Positions 8,913-18,425 of a DNA stretch of 64,000 nucleotides are shown here, piece after piece. Within the stretch, counting starts at the first letter, position 1; each line of letters opens with the position of its first letter. The position numbers and the translations under genes are program-made. This stretch comes from an uncultured Thermoplasmatales archaeon. Its GTDB lineage: Archaea > Thermoplasmatota > E2 > UBA202 > DSCA01. Below the pieces are notes generated by a model, which was not told the origin of the DNA, ran no database searches, and saw only the letters and a program-made list of their open reading frames with translations. Location of the stretch: contig CAZESS010000003.1 in assembly GCA_964514975.1 (NCBI GenBank), forward strand, positions 68,407 to 132,406, given 5' to 3'.

Positions 8913-10027
8913 AGGGGCGCATGGCGGCCATGGAGCTCCGGTCGGGCTGGAAGGGGCTGGCCATGTTCGGCGTGCTCGTGCTCCTGGTGTCGGCAGGCAT
9001 GCCCCAGATACTGCCGGCCTACCGCGAGTCGTTCACCGAGGACCTGGAGGGGGCAAACCGCGTCCACATCGAGGTGCCGGAGCAGCAGGACGCCATGATA
9101 AACCTGTCCTGGGAACCGGTCGAAAACGCAACTGGCTACGTGGTGCTCGAGGACAACTCGTCGGCGTTTCTGACCTCCCGGGTACAGTACTTCGGCAACA
9201 TGACGAACATTTCATTTCCCATGAACTTCGAAGAAAAACGGTACTATGCGGTCATGGCCATCCACACCAACGTGAGCAACGCCTCATGGATGGACCTGCT
9301 GTCGGCGCAGCGGCAGCTCGTCGGCATCGCCGCGACCGGCACGCCGGACAACCCGTTCGAGGAGCTCATGGACAACCCCGCATACCAGGGATTTTCCCGC
9401 GGCCGGGCAATCAATCCCCTCGAGGTGAAAGGTTTCATCATCCTCGAGTTTTTCAGCTGGTGGTGGATGCTCGCCGGGCTGTTCATAGCCTATCTCTCCG
9501 TATCGGTCATCGCCGGCGACTTCGAAAACCGGCGCATGGACATCTTTCTCTCAACGCCCATCTCCCGCCGCCGGTACATCCTGGAAAAATTCCTGTCCCT
9601 GGCGCTCATCGCCCTGTATGTCATCGGGGTTGCCACCGCCGGGCTGATAGCCGGGGTTGCCAGCATCGGTGCCCTTGACAAGCTGCCGCCACATGCCGCG
9701 TTTCTGTCGCTGTTCGGCTGTTTCCCGTTTCTGCTGGTCATCGCCACCGTCGGCATCCTGAGCGCCGTCACATTCCAGAAGGTCAAGGTGGGCATGGGCG
9801 TGACCTTCGCCGCGGTGTTCGCCCAGTTTTTCCTGTACACCTTCGGGAATTACACCGATGCACTTGCATGGATGAAGACCCTCAGTATTTTCAACTACTG
9901 GGACTATGCGGCGCCGTTGCTCGACGACGTGTTCAAGCTCGGTGACTTCACCATCCTGGCCGTTGTCGCCGGCGTCATCCTCGCTGCGGGGCTCTGGCTC
10001 TTCGACCAAAAGGACGTGCCCGCCTAG
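8909..10027 (+). CDS. ABC-2 type permease with large extracellular insert
   Basis: About six TM segments, MDIFLSTPISRRRY loop, 4-nt overlap with the ATPase gene. Confidence 0.85.
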   Translation: MKGRMAAMELRSGWKGLAMFGVLVLLVSAGMPQILPAYRESFTEDLEGANRVHIEVPEQQDAMINLSWEPVENATGYVVLEDNSSAFLTSRVQYFGNMTNISFPMNFEEKRYYAVMAIHTNVSNASWMDLLSAQRQLVGIAATGTPDNPFEELMDNPAYQGFSRGRAINPLEVKGFIILEFFSWWWMLAGLFIAYLSVSVIAGDFENRRMDIFLSTPISRRRYILEKFLSLALIALYVIGVATAGLIAGVASIGALDKLPPHAAFLSLFGCFPFLLVIATVGILSAVTFQKVKVGMGVTFAAVFAQFFLYTFGNYTDALAWMKTLSIFNYWDYAAPLLDDVFKLGDFTILAVVAGVILAAGLWLFDQKDVPA

Positions 10028-10214
10028 CCGTGCGGACGGCGGGCCTCGTCAGGCCACCGGTTGAACATCATGGTGACGTGCTCGGGTCCCTTTTTCCCCG
10101 GCTGACCGGGCGTTGCACTGCTCAGCCGGCGTTTCATCTACGATGGGTTCCTGGAGAAACGACTCGACCAGTGACATATCGCTGTATCTGGAGGAACACG
10201 AAAAAATCTGTGCC

Positions 10215-11285
10215 TCACTCGACGGGCATCAGCCGGCATTCACCGGCGCCCGTTACAACCCGGATGTAGCCCTGCAGCATCTCGTCTAGCGATGCGTCGC
10301 CCGTGTCCACCTTCAACGACTGCAGGCCGGTGAGCTTTTCCGGTGCCGAGATAACAATAACGTTGTCGAGGTCGACCCGGCGGAGCACTGCCGGGCTTAT
10401 CTGCTCGTTGCCCCGACCGAACAGGAAGCCGTGGCCGCCGAGCGGGCTGACGATGATTGCATTGCGAGACGTCAGCACGTCGAGAATCTCCGACTCCATC
10501 GCATCGCGAACGACGAGCCGACCATCACGCACGACGTCGACGCCGAGCAGCGACCCTTCAACGCCGAACTCCTGCTTGAGCGCCATGGTGGTGCTGCCGC
10601 CCCCGATGACATAGGTGACGTCGTCGTCCATCGTTGCCGCCATGTGATGGGCGATGGCCTGCTTGGCCTCCTGGGTGCCGATGCCGAAGCCCTTCGACGG
10701 CTGCACCGCCTCATGCACCGGGGTCAACAGGTATCCCCTGACGGAAACCGCGAGCTCATCACGGCGGAAGCGCTCCTCGTCGATGTCGACCACCTCCCGC
10801 TCCTCAAGCGGCAGGCCATCTGCATAGGCGTCGACGACCCGGGCGGCATGCCGCGGCGTCTGCGCAAAAACCGCCGAATACATTTTCACGCCTGCGGGGA
10901 CGCCCAGCACGGGCACATCGGTGTTTATCGACGAGAGGATGTCCCGTGCGGTGCCGTCGCCGCCCACGAAAACCAGGAGATCGACGTCATGCATGTGCTG
11001 CACCGCCCGTCTGGTGTCCCCAGGTGTCGTGGGCTCCCCGGGGGTGTAGACCACCGATGCGTCGATGCCGCATTCATGCAGGATGTCGTGTCCCATCGGC
11101 GATGCGCAGGTAACAAAGGAAAACTGCCGGGTGAGTGCCCCGGTGAACGTGCGGGCTCGCCCGGGAGCGACGGGGGTCGCCCCGCGCTGCAGCGCCTCGT
11201 CGAGCATGCCATCGGTGCCCTTCAGGCCGACGCTGCCGCCCATCCCGGCGATGGGGTTGACGAAAAAGCCGAGGGAGGGCATCAT
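10215..11285 (-). CDS. ATP-NAD kinase-like family protein (COG3199/AcoX-like)
   Basis: NPIAGMGGSVGLKGTDG, GGDGTARD, GVPAGVKMYS, GFLFGRGNEQIS. Confidence 0.88.
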   Translation of the reverse strand: MMPSLGFFVNPIAGMGGSVGLKGTDGMLDEALQRGATPVAPGRARTFTGALTRQFSFVTCASPMGHDILHECGIDASVVYTPGEPTTPGDTRRAVQHMHDVDLLVFVGGDGTARDILSSINTDVPVLGVPAGVKMYSAVFAQTPRHAARVVDAYADGLPLEEREVVDIDEERFRRDELAVSVRGYLLTPVHEAVQPSKGFGIGTQEAKQAIAHHMAATMDDDVTYVIGGGSTTMALKQEFGVEGSLLGVDVVRDGRLVVRDAMESEILDVLTSRNAIIVSPLGGHGFLFGRGNEQISPAVLRRVDLDNVIVISAPEKLTGLQSLKVDTGDASLDEMLQGYIRVVTGAGECRLMPVE

Positions 11286-11704
11286 CCGATTTTTTCGATG
11301 CGGTCCTGGAGGATGTTTTGCGCCTCGGCCAGCCGCTGCTGTATCTTGCTGAGCTTGGGGCGCTCATCCGGGGGGATGGGCTCGTCCTGGTCGAAGTAGC
11401 TGCGCTCGAGGTTGTCGACGTATCCCTTGACCGCGGTGACGATGTTCAGCAGGTCGTAGGAGGTCTCGCGGAGTGATTTTATTTCGAGGTCGCCCGCCCG
11501 CTGGGTGATGTACTGGGTCTCGATCTTGTCGAGGTTGTCCCGCTCCGATTTCATGTTCAGCTCGAGATATATCTGGAGGGCCTTGATGAGCTCGTTGCCG
11601 AGGACCGTGTGCTTTTTCCCGTATTTCCGCTGGACGAATGTCTTGAACGTCTCCCATATGTGCTCCTGTTTTTCGTCGATGCGGACGCCAATGGGTTTGC
11701 TCAT
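11282..11704 (-). CDS. Putative ribbon-helix-helix protein fused to a degenerate HisKA/DHp-like domain
   Basis: N-terminal PIGVRID...FVQRKYG...ELIKALQIYL; C-terminal SYDLLNIVTAVKGYVDNL resembles an H-box with Tyr in place of His. Confidence 0.6.
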   Translation of the reverse strand: MSKPIGVRIDEKQEHIWETFKTFVQRKYGKKHTVLGNELIKALQIYLELNMKSERDNLDKIETQYITQRAGDLEIKSLRETSYDLLNIVTAVKGYVDNLERSYFDQDEPIPPDERPKLSKIQQRLAEAQNILQDRIEKIG

Positions 11705-11836
11705 GGTACCTTTTTGCTAACATTCTGCTTCATTTAAACGTTGCGATTGGTCTCCGCGGCATGCTCGCCGGAACGATGACATGAAGCCGCGATTGTCGCA
11801 GGGGATGTTCAGCTAACGCTGTCCATCCCGTCTATT

Positions 11837-12265
11837 CTACTGGAGAAAATCAGCAACCTGCTCCGCAAACGCCTTGAAGGAAACCTGCCGTCCCACCACC
11901 CGGTCCACGCCCATCTGGTGGAGTTCGTCCTCCCAGCCGCTGCCCTGCCACGCGGTGTAGCCCCATATCACGGCGTCGGGGTCCATCTCCCTGATGGCCC
12001 GGGTGGTTTCCACGCCGTCCATCCCTGCATGGTCCCCGTCTCGATGGCGGTCGATGGTTTCCATGTCCCGATTGCTGCCCGACAGGTTCAGGTCCATGAC
12101 CACCAGGACGGGACGTTCACCTGCCTCCATCAGTTCCCGGTAGCGGTCCACCGCCGCCTCGCCCGTCAGGGCGTTGACCACGTCGACATCCACCATCTGT
12201 TGCAGGCGCATGCCGAGGAGGTCCTGTATGTCCTGCTCGTCATCAACTATCATAATTTTATTCAC
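11837..12265 (-). CDS. Stand-alone response regulator receiver domain protein
   Basis: GTG start; IMIVDDE, VVMDLNL (phospho-Asp), MDGVET, GYTA. Confidence 0.88.
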   Translation of the reverse strand: MNKIMIVDDEQDIQDLLGMRLQQMVDVDVVNALTGEAAVDRYRELMEAGERPVLVVMDLNLSGSNRDMETIDRHRDGDHAGMDGVETTRAIREMDPDAVIWGYTAWQGSGWEDELHQMGVDRVVGRQVSFKAFAEQVADFLQ

Positions 12266-14012
12266 GGATTTCACCTCGCTTAACGATGTTTTCCACGACC
12301 CGCTGGACCCGCGTGAGCGCGTCATGTGCCTGCTGGATGGTGTCCTTATGCTCATCGGGCAGCTCCTCCATGGCGATGGCCATGTAACCCTTCGAGATAG
12401 CGATAGGATTGAAGAAATGATGCGCCGCCTTCAGCTTGAAGAGTTTTTCCTGTTCGAGCGCTCGCTCCATTTCCTCCTCCGCTTTTTTCCGCTCGGTGAC
12501 GTCTCTCTGTGAGCTCATGTACCCCCGCATGGCGCCGTCGTCGTCCAGTAACGGGGATATTTTCATCTCGCAGTAAAACGTGCTTCCGTTTTTGCGTTTG
12601 TTCAATATGACGTCTCGATAGGTGCCGCCGGAGGAGACCGTGTCGAATATGTGTTGCTGTATCTCGTCGCTGTCCGGCTCGGCGTTGAAGATGCCCGGGG
12701 TTTCCCCCTTGACTTCTTCAAGCCGGTAGCCGTACATGTCCTCCGCCGCGTCGTTCATGTAGGTGATGCGGAAGTCGGTGTCGGTGCAAATCATGGCGTC
12801 GGAGGACTGCATGACCATCGCTGACAGCTTCTGCAGTTCCTCCTCCGCCTGTTTCCGCTCGGTGATGTCGAGGGCGGTTTCCACGACGCCGACGATGGTG
12901 CCGTCCTCGTCTCTGACAGGGTTGCCGCGCACCAGCCAGTAGCGCCCGTCGGACGTCGACGTCTCCTCCTCCTGCATTTCACCTGTCTCGACGGCCTTTG
13001 CTATCGGGCAGTCCTCGCATGGCTGCTCACGCTGATGCCAGATCTCATGGCATCTCCGCCCTTCCAGGGCCTCCGGCGTTTCATCCACCGATTCAGCGGC
13101 TGCCCGGTTCGCCCATATCACCCGGTGGTCGGTGTCCTGATACGCTATCAGCGCCGGCGAAGTATCCAGGATGAGGGTTTTTTCCCGTTCGGAGCGCTGC
13201 AGATGCTCCTCCGCCTTTTTTTGCCTGGTGATGTCCCTGACGGAGCCCAGCGCGGCATATTCTCCCCGGTAGATGATGGAGGTGACGGCGAACTCGCATA
13301 TCCGGACGGTTCCGTCCTTGCTCACCACCCGCACCTGATAGGTGGTGGGGATGTCCTCGCCTCGCGCCCGCCGCCGCCCGATGTCCTTCACGCGCTCCCG
13401 GTCGTCGGGGTGTATCAGCTGCCATATGTCCATCTCGTAGAGCTCGGCTTCGGTATAGCCCGTTATCTCCATGGCTCTTTCGTTCACAAACAGGAACCTA
13501 TCGCCCCGGTAGATGATGATGGCGTCGTGGCTGTTCTCCACGATGGCCCGGTATTTGTTTTCGCTTTCCTCCACCTCGCGCTGCATCTTCCGTCGCTCCG
13601 TGATGTCGACGAAGGAGGTGATGATACTGACGAGGTCGCCGTCGTCGTTGAACTGGGGGCGGGCGCTGTGTAAAAACCATCGTGTGTCGTCGTCCGCTGA
13701 CATGGAGAGGCCGATGACGGTTCCCTCCAGCGGCTCCCCGGTTTCGGCGACCCTGTTCAGCGGGAACATCGACGGTTCCAGGGGGTCGCCGTTTTCGTCG
13801 AGGAGCTTTCCCGTCCAGAAGTCGAGGTCTTTTTTCCTGAGTTCCTGCTCCGGGATACCGAAAATCTTTTCGGCTGTGTCGTTTGCAGCGGTTATGCGCC
13901 CGTCGGCGTCGTGGACGGTGATGCCGGCGAGGGCGCTGTTAAACAGTCCCCTGTACGTCCCCATGGCGTCGTGGAGATGCTCCCCGGTTTCATCATGGCC
14001 GTGTTTTTTCAT
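12258..14012 (-). CDS. Multi-PAS/PAC (4x) sensor with C-terminal HisKA-like helix pair and no HATPase domain
   Basis: Four PAC-ending motifs (DITER, DITRQ, DITER, DVTER); AAHHFFNPIAISKGY H-box followed by about 40 aa and a stop. Confidence 0.88.
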   Translation of the reverse strand: MKKHGHDETGEHLHDAMGTYRGLFNSALAGITVHDADGRITAANDTAEKIFGIPEQELRKKDLDFWTGKLLDENGDPLEPSMFPLNRVAETGEPLEGTVIGLSMSADDDTRWFLHSARPQFNDDGDLVSIITSFVDITERRKMQREVEESENKYRAIVENSHDAIIIYRGDRFLFVNERAMEITGYTEAELYEMDIWQLIHPDDRERVKDIGRRRARGEDIPTTYQVRVVSKDGTVRICEFAVTSIIYRGEYAALGSVRDITRQKKAEEHLQRSEREKTLILDTSPALIAYQDTDHRVIWANRAAAESVDETPEALEGRRCHEIWHQREQPCEDCPIAKAVETGEMQEEETSTSDGRYWLVRGNPVRDEDGTIVGVVETALDITERKQAEEELQKLSAMVMQSSDAMICTDTDFRITYMNDAAEDMYGYRLEEVKGETPGIFNAEPDSDEIQQHIFDTVSSGGTYRDVILNKRKNGSTFYCEMKISPLLDDDGAMRGYMSSQRDVTERKKAEEEMERALEQEKLFKLKAAHHFFNPIAISKGYMAIAMEELPDEHKDTIQQAHDALTRVQRVVENIVKRGEIRE

Positions 14013-14166
14013 GTTGCCTGCCCGTCGTGGTTGGCGTTGCAGGATGCACCAATGTGCGCTAGCTGAAATTAAATGACCGGTGGTATATAAACGTGTTCTG
14101 GAGGGGGGAGGGCGGTGCGTCACGCCGGTGCATCAAGGTTTTTATAGGAACAGATGATATGCACCC

Positions 14167-14874
14167 GTGTTTGGAACCTACGACCTCGACGTCGAGCTCG
14201 CAGAGCAAGACATCGAGCTCTCACTGAAGGGAGACGGAAAGCGGAAGGTCTACCGGCGCCAGGTGAACGACGACGAGATAACCAAGTACATCAACGCAGA
14301 CCGGGGAAAGCTCATCGTCTGCCCGGTCGAGCCGGTCAACGCGCCCGACGAGTCGATATCGGAACATCTGCTCATCGAGCTCGAGCGACCGCTGCTTATC
14401 GAGCCCGGCTCCACGGACACGTTTTATCTCAAGTTTCCCATAGAGATCGGCTCGTTCCTCGTGGACCCCACCGACGTGGAGCGCATCGACATCTTTACGC
14501 TCACGAAACCCAAGTACACGCTCTACGGGCCGCCGGAGAGCGGCATCATCTGCAAGTGGTGGAAGAGCGACGTGTACAGCACGGCGCCGGAGGTGGACCG
14601 CCTGTTCGAGGGTGTGCTCAGGGTGAAGATCACCAACAACTACCGGGAATGGATGGAGCTCGCGAAGCTCGTGTTCGGGGCCTTCGACATGAAGATATTT
14701 TACAACGACCACGCATACATGGACGCCCGGCTGGTCATCGAGAAGCGGACCATCGGGGAAACCTCGTTCAACGCCCGGAAGCCCAAGGGCATGCACCGGG
14801 CGGTCGACATCTACGAGGCGAAGGGGCTCAAGAAGCTTGAGAAAAGCTACGTCATCGAGTGGGGATTCAAATGA
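14167..14874 (+). CDS. DUF432 family protein
   Basis: CPVEPVN, FPIEIG and KYTLYGPPESG motifs; adjacent to an MscS gene. Confidence 0.8.
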   Translation: MFGTYDLDVELAEQDIELSLKGDGKRKVYRRQVNDDEITKYINADRGKLIVCPVEPVNAPDESISEHLLIELERPLLIEPGSTDTFYLKFPIEIGSFLVDPTDVERIDIFTLTKPKYTLYGPPESGIICKWWKSDVYSTAPEVDRLFEGVLRVKITNNYREWMELAKLVFGAFDMKIFYNDHAYMDARLVIEKRTIGETSFNARKPKGMHRAVDIYEAKGLKKLEKSYVIEWGFK

Positions 14875-15743
14875 ATCTTCACATAAACCTGCAGGGCGCC
14901 GTCATGGATTTCTGGACCATGGAGCTTGGGGACATGGGGATGACCGTCGGCGAGCTCGTCACCTTCGTGCTCATCATCGCCATATCAGTGGTCATCGCCC
15001 GCATCGTCCGCGTGAACACCCGGCGGATTATGAAGGAGCGCGTGCCCAAGAACACGCTCAGCAACCTGGAAAAGCTGTTCTATTATGGTATTATCATCAT
15101 CGGCTTCGTGGTGGCACTTTCCAGCATCGGCTTTTCGCTGAGCGGACTGCTCGTCGCGGGCGGCATCATGGGCATCGTCATCGGCTTCGCAAGCCAGACC
15201 GTCGTCTCAAACCTCATCAGCGGCCTCTTTCTCATCATCGAGAAGCCCCTCAAGGTCGGTGACTCGGTCAACATCGACACCGTGGACGGCGTGGTCGAGA
15301 ACGTCCGCATCCTGTCGACGACGGTCCGGACGTTTGACGGCGTCTACACCCGGCTGCCCAACGACAAGGTGTTCTCATCCAACATCCAGAACTATGTCGC
15401 GCATGGCGGGCGACGTTTCTCCTACTCCATCGGCATCCGGTATCGCGACGACGCCGACAGGGCGAAGGAGGTCATCATGGGGCTGCTGGAGGCGCATCCG
15501 CTCATCCTGAAGGAGCCGGCACCGCAGGTGTTCGTCGACGGGCTCGGCGACAGCAGCGTCAACCTCAAGGTCAGGATGTGGGCACCGTCGACCCACTGGT
15601 ACGGCGTGTACACGGAGATGCTCTGGAAAATCAAGGTAGCCCTGGAGGAAAACGGCATCCAGATTCCGTTCCCCCAGCGGGTGGTATGGTTCGAGAATGC
15701 CCTGAAGGGAGACGTTACGACTCGTCAGTCAAAAAAGACATAG
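14871..15743 (+). CDS. mscS: Small-conductance mechanosensitive channel (MscS family)
   Basis: GIVIGFASQTVVSNLISG, KVGD and GIQIPFPQR motifs. Confidence 0.92.
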   Translation: MNLHINLQGAVMDFWTMELGDMGMTVGELVTFVLIIAISVVIARIVRVNTRRIMKERVPKNTLSNLEKLFYYGIIIIGFVVALSSIGFSLSGLLVAGGIMGIVIGFASQTVVSNLISGLFLIIEKPLKVGDSVNIDTVDGVVENVRILSTTVRTFDGVYTRLPNDKVFSSNIQNYVAHGGRRFSYSIGIRYRDDADRAKEVIMGLLEAHPLILKEPAPQVFVDGLGDSSVNLKVRMWAPSTHWYGVYTEMLWKIKVALEENGIQIPFPQRVVWFENALKGDVTTRQSKKT

Positions 15744-15744
15744 C

Positions 15745-16077
15745 TCAACAGGTGAGATGGAGCGCTGCAGCCGCCCCGCTGTGCTGGTTGAACGCCCGGC
15801 AGGCCCTGTCGGTGGGCAGTACGTCGAAGGATATGCCGGTGCGGCGGAGGAGTCGCCGGGCCTCGAAGCTGACGGTCATCCGGCCGTGTGCGCCGGTGCC
15901 GATGACGAGATAGCGTGGTGCCGCCGTTATCACGCCCGCAAGGTCATCGGGCTCGAGGTGATGGCCATGGTTGCGGCGCCAGTCAGGCTCGACGTGGTCG
16001 GGATAGATGACGAGGTCGCTGGTATAGGCGGTGCCGTCCACGACGATTTTTCCGAAGCTGTAGGCATCGATATGCAT
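15745..16077 (-). CDS. Mth938-like (DUF498) protein
   Basis: IDAYSFGKIVVDG, LVIGTGAHG, AAAALHLTC. Confidence 0.88.
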   Translation of the reverse strand: MHIDAYSFGKIVVDGTAYTSDLVIYPDHVEPDWRRNHGHHLEPDDLAGVITAAPRYLVIGTGAHGRMTVSFEARRLLRRTGISFDVLPTDRACRAFNQHSGAAAALHLTC

Positions 16078-16085
16078 GCTCGCCA

Positions 16086-17561
16086 CTACGCGATACGCCA
16101 CCGGGCGCCGTCATCGGTGTCCTGTATCTCGAAGCCAAGCCGCTCCAGGTCATCCCGGATGGCATCCGCCGTCCCGTAGTCCTTCTCCCGCCGCGCCCGC
16201 TCCCTGATAGCGAGCAGCTCGGCCACCACGTCCTCCAGCGATCCCTCACCGGAGCCGCCATGCTCACGCGCCAGCGCCGCAACCGCCTCGACATCAACCT
16301 GTCGCCCTTTTTCCTGGAACAATGTCAGCACCCGGCCGGTCTCCAGCAGCACGTCCAGCGCACGGCGGCACAGCGCCCCATCGGGCTGCCCCTCCGAGAG
16401 ATACCGGTTGCTCTCCCGGACAAAATCAAACAGGGCAGCAATAGCGTCAGGCGTGTTGAAATCATCATCCATCGCCTTCTCAAAGCGCTCCCGATAACGC
16501 CCGGCCACCTCATGAAATATCCGGTCGGGCTCGTCCAGTGCAGCCACGTCAACCTCGCCGTCGGCGTCACCGGCGGCCTCCCGCAGGTCGTCGCGCAGCC
16601 GGTGGATGCGCTCAAGCCGCCGGCGGGCCATCTCCATGTTCTCCTCGCTGTAGTCGGCCGGGCTCCGGTAATGATAGCTGGCGAAAAAGAAACGCAATGT
16701 TTCCGCATCCCATCGCCGCAATGCATCGCGGATGGTGACAAAGTTGCCCTCCGACTTGCTCATCTTTTCGCCGCCGACGTTGAGCATGCCGGAGTGCAGC
16801 CAGTACCGGGCGAACTGCTCCCGCAGCGCTGCCTCGGCCTGCGCTATCTCGTTTTCATGGTGCGGAAACACCAGGTCATGGCCGCCGCCGTGGATGTCGA
16901 ACGGCGCCCCGAGATACGTGGTGCTCATCGTCGAGCACTCGATGTGCCAGCCCGGGCGCCCCTCGCCCCAGGGCGACTCCCATGACGGCTCGCCGGGCTT
17001 CGCAGCCTTCCACAGGGTGAAATCAAGCGGGCTCCGCTTTTTGTCGCCGGGCTCGATGCGCTCACCGGCACGCATCTCCTCCACCTGCTGACCGGAGAGC
17101 TTCCCATAGCCATCGAAGGATTCAACCGAAAAATAGACGTCGCCGTCCGCCGCATAGCCATGGCCATGCTCGATGATGTCTTCCACGAGCGCAATCATGC
17201 CCTCGATATGCTCAGACGCCTTCGGATATTTATCGGCGGGCTGGATGCCGAGCGCCTCCAGGTCGCCCAGGCAGCGCTGCTCGTACTCCGCCGAGTGCTC
17301 CAGGGGCGGGATACCGCGCTCCCGGGCAGCGTTGATGATCTTGTCGTCCACGTCGGTGACGTTTTGCACATAGGTCACATCGTAGCCACGGTATTCCAGG
17401 TAGCGCTTGATGATGTCGAACGCCAGGTATGTCCGGGCGTGACCGATGTGCGCGTCGCCGTAGACGGTCATCCCGCAGACATACATGCGAACGTGGTCAT
17501 CATCGAGCGGCTCAAACGGCTGTTTTTTCCTGCCGAGCGTGTTGTAAACCCTGAGCATCAC
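16086..17561 (-). CDS. cysS: Cysteine--tRNA ligase
   Basis: YVCGMTVY, HIGH, GRPGWHIECS, KMSKS. Confidence 0.97.
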   Translation of the reverse strand: MMLRVYNTLGRKKQPFEPLDDDHVRMYVCGMTVYGDAHIGHARTYLAFDIIKRYLEYRGYDVTYVQNVTDVDDKIINAARERGIPPLEHSAEYEQRCLGDLEALGIQPADKYPKASEHIEGMIALVEDIIEHGHGYAADGDVYFSVESFDGYGKLSGQQVEEMRAGERIEPGDKKRSPLDFTLWKAAKPGEPSWESPWGEGRPGWHIECSTMSTTYLGAPFDIHGGGHDLVFPHHENEIAQAEAALREQFARYWLHSGMLNVGGEKMSKSEGNFVTIRDALRRWDAETLRFFFASYHYRSPADYSEENMEMARRRLERIHRLRDDLREAAGDADGEVDVAALDEPDRIFHEVAGRYRERFEKAMDDDFNTPDAIAALFDFVRESNRYLSEGQPDGALCRRALDVLLETGRVLTLFQEKGRQVDVEAVAALAREHGGSGEGSLEDVVAELLAIRERARREKDYGTADAIRDDLERLGFEIQDTDDGARWRIA

Positions 17562-17633
17562 CAGATGATGCAGCTAATTTTTAATAAATGTTTGGGGAAC
17601 AATCTATTTGTATCGGTATCTGGTTTTTAACCT

Positions 17634-18347
17634 GTGCTCTACTTCGTGCATGGCCTCGGGTTCGACGAACGGGAATGGCACCAGGTCGTGGCTTTTTTCA
17701 GCGAGCGAGGGTATCCATGTAGGGCGGTCAACCTACGGGAGGGACTCGACCTGCGACACGCAAGACTGCAGGACTATGTTGACGTGGTAACGGGCATGGT
17801 TTCAGATGACGATATCGTTGTCGGGCATTCAATGGGTGGCCTGGTCGTCCAGAAAGTTGCTGCGGAAACAGATATACGGGCCGGTGTGGGCATCTGCCCT
17901 GCACCGCCGGCAGACATCAAATTCCGGTCACCCGTCCGCTTCAGAGACATACTGCCCACACTGAAGTATCTCCCCCGTATACTCCTCAAGCAACCGGTGA
18001 AGCCGGACCATCCGATCGCCAGCATGCTATGCTCCAGATACATGGGCGTCGGCCTGACGGAGGACGATATACGGGACATCCACGGCCAGATGGTCGAGGA
18101 GTCCTCAATCGTCATCCGGGAGCTAGCGATGCGGAAAACCGAGGTCGACGAAAAAAAGGTGACCTGCCCGCTGCTTTTCATAGCCATGAGCAACGACCGG
18201 GCGATACCACCTGCCACGGTGAAACGACTCGAGGAGAAATATCCAACGGCCAGATACAGATGCTACGAGGGATGCCATCATTTCTTCAACAACACAAACT
18301 GGCAGGAAGTAGCAGCGGGCATCGATGACTTCATCACAGGGTTATAG
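17634..18347 (+). CDS. Alpha/beta hydrolase
   Basis: FVHG, GHSMGG nucleophile elbow, C-terminal Asp and His. Confidence 0.85.
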   Translation: MLYFVHGLGFDEREWHQVVAFFSERGYPCRAVNLREGLDLRHARLQDYVDVVTGMVSDDDIVVGHSMGGLVVQKVAAETDIRAGVGICPAPPADIKFRSPVRFRDILPTLKYLPRILLKQPVKPDHPIASMLCSRYMGVGLTEDDIRDIHGQMVEESSIVIRELAMRKTEVDEKKVTCPLLFIAMSNDRAIPPATVKRLEEKYPTARYRCYEGCHHFFNNTNWQEVAAGIDDFITGL

Positions 18348-18425
18348 CTGACGATAGAGCTGAGAAACAGATGGAGTCGTAGCACCCGGGCCAAAATCTT
18401 GATATGAGATGGTGCATTGCTGCCT

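Noticed and set aside
10028-10214. Possible C/D-box sRNA or gene remnant (minus-strand ATGATGT-N12-CTGA and a second CTGA)
   Set aside because: The boxes are degenerate and the spacing is too long for a typical archaeal guide. It cannot be supported without a search.
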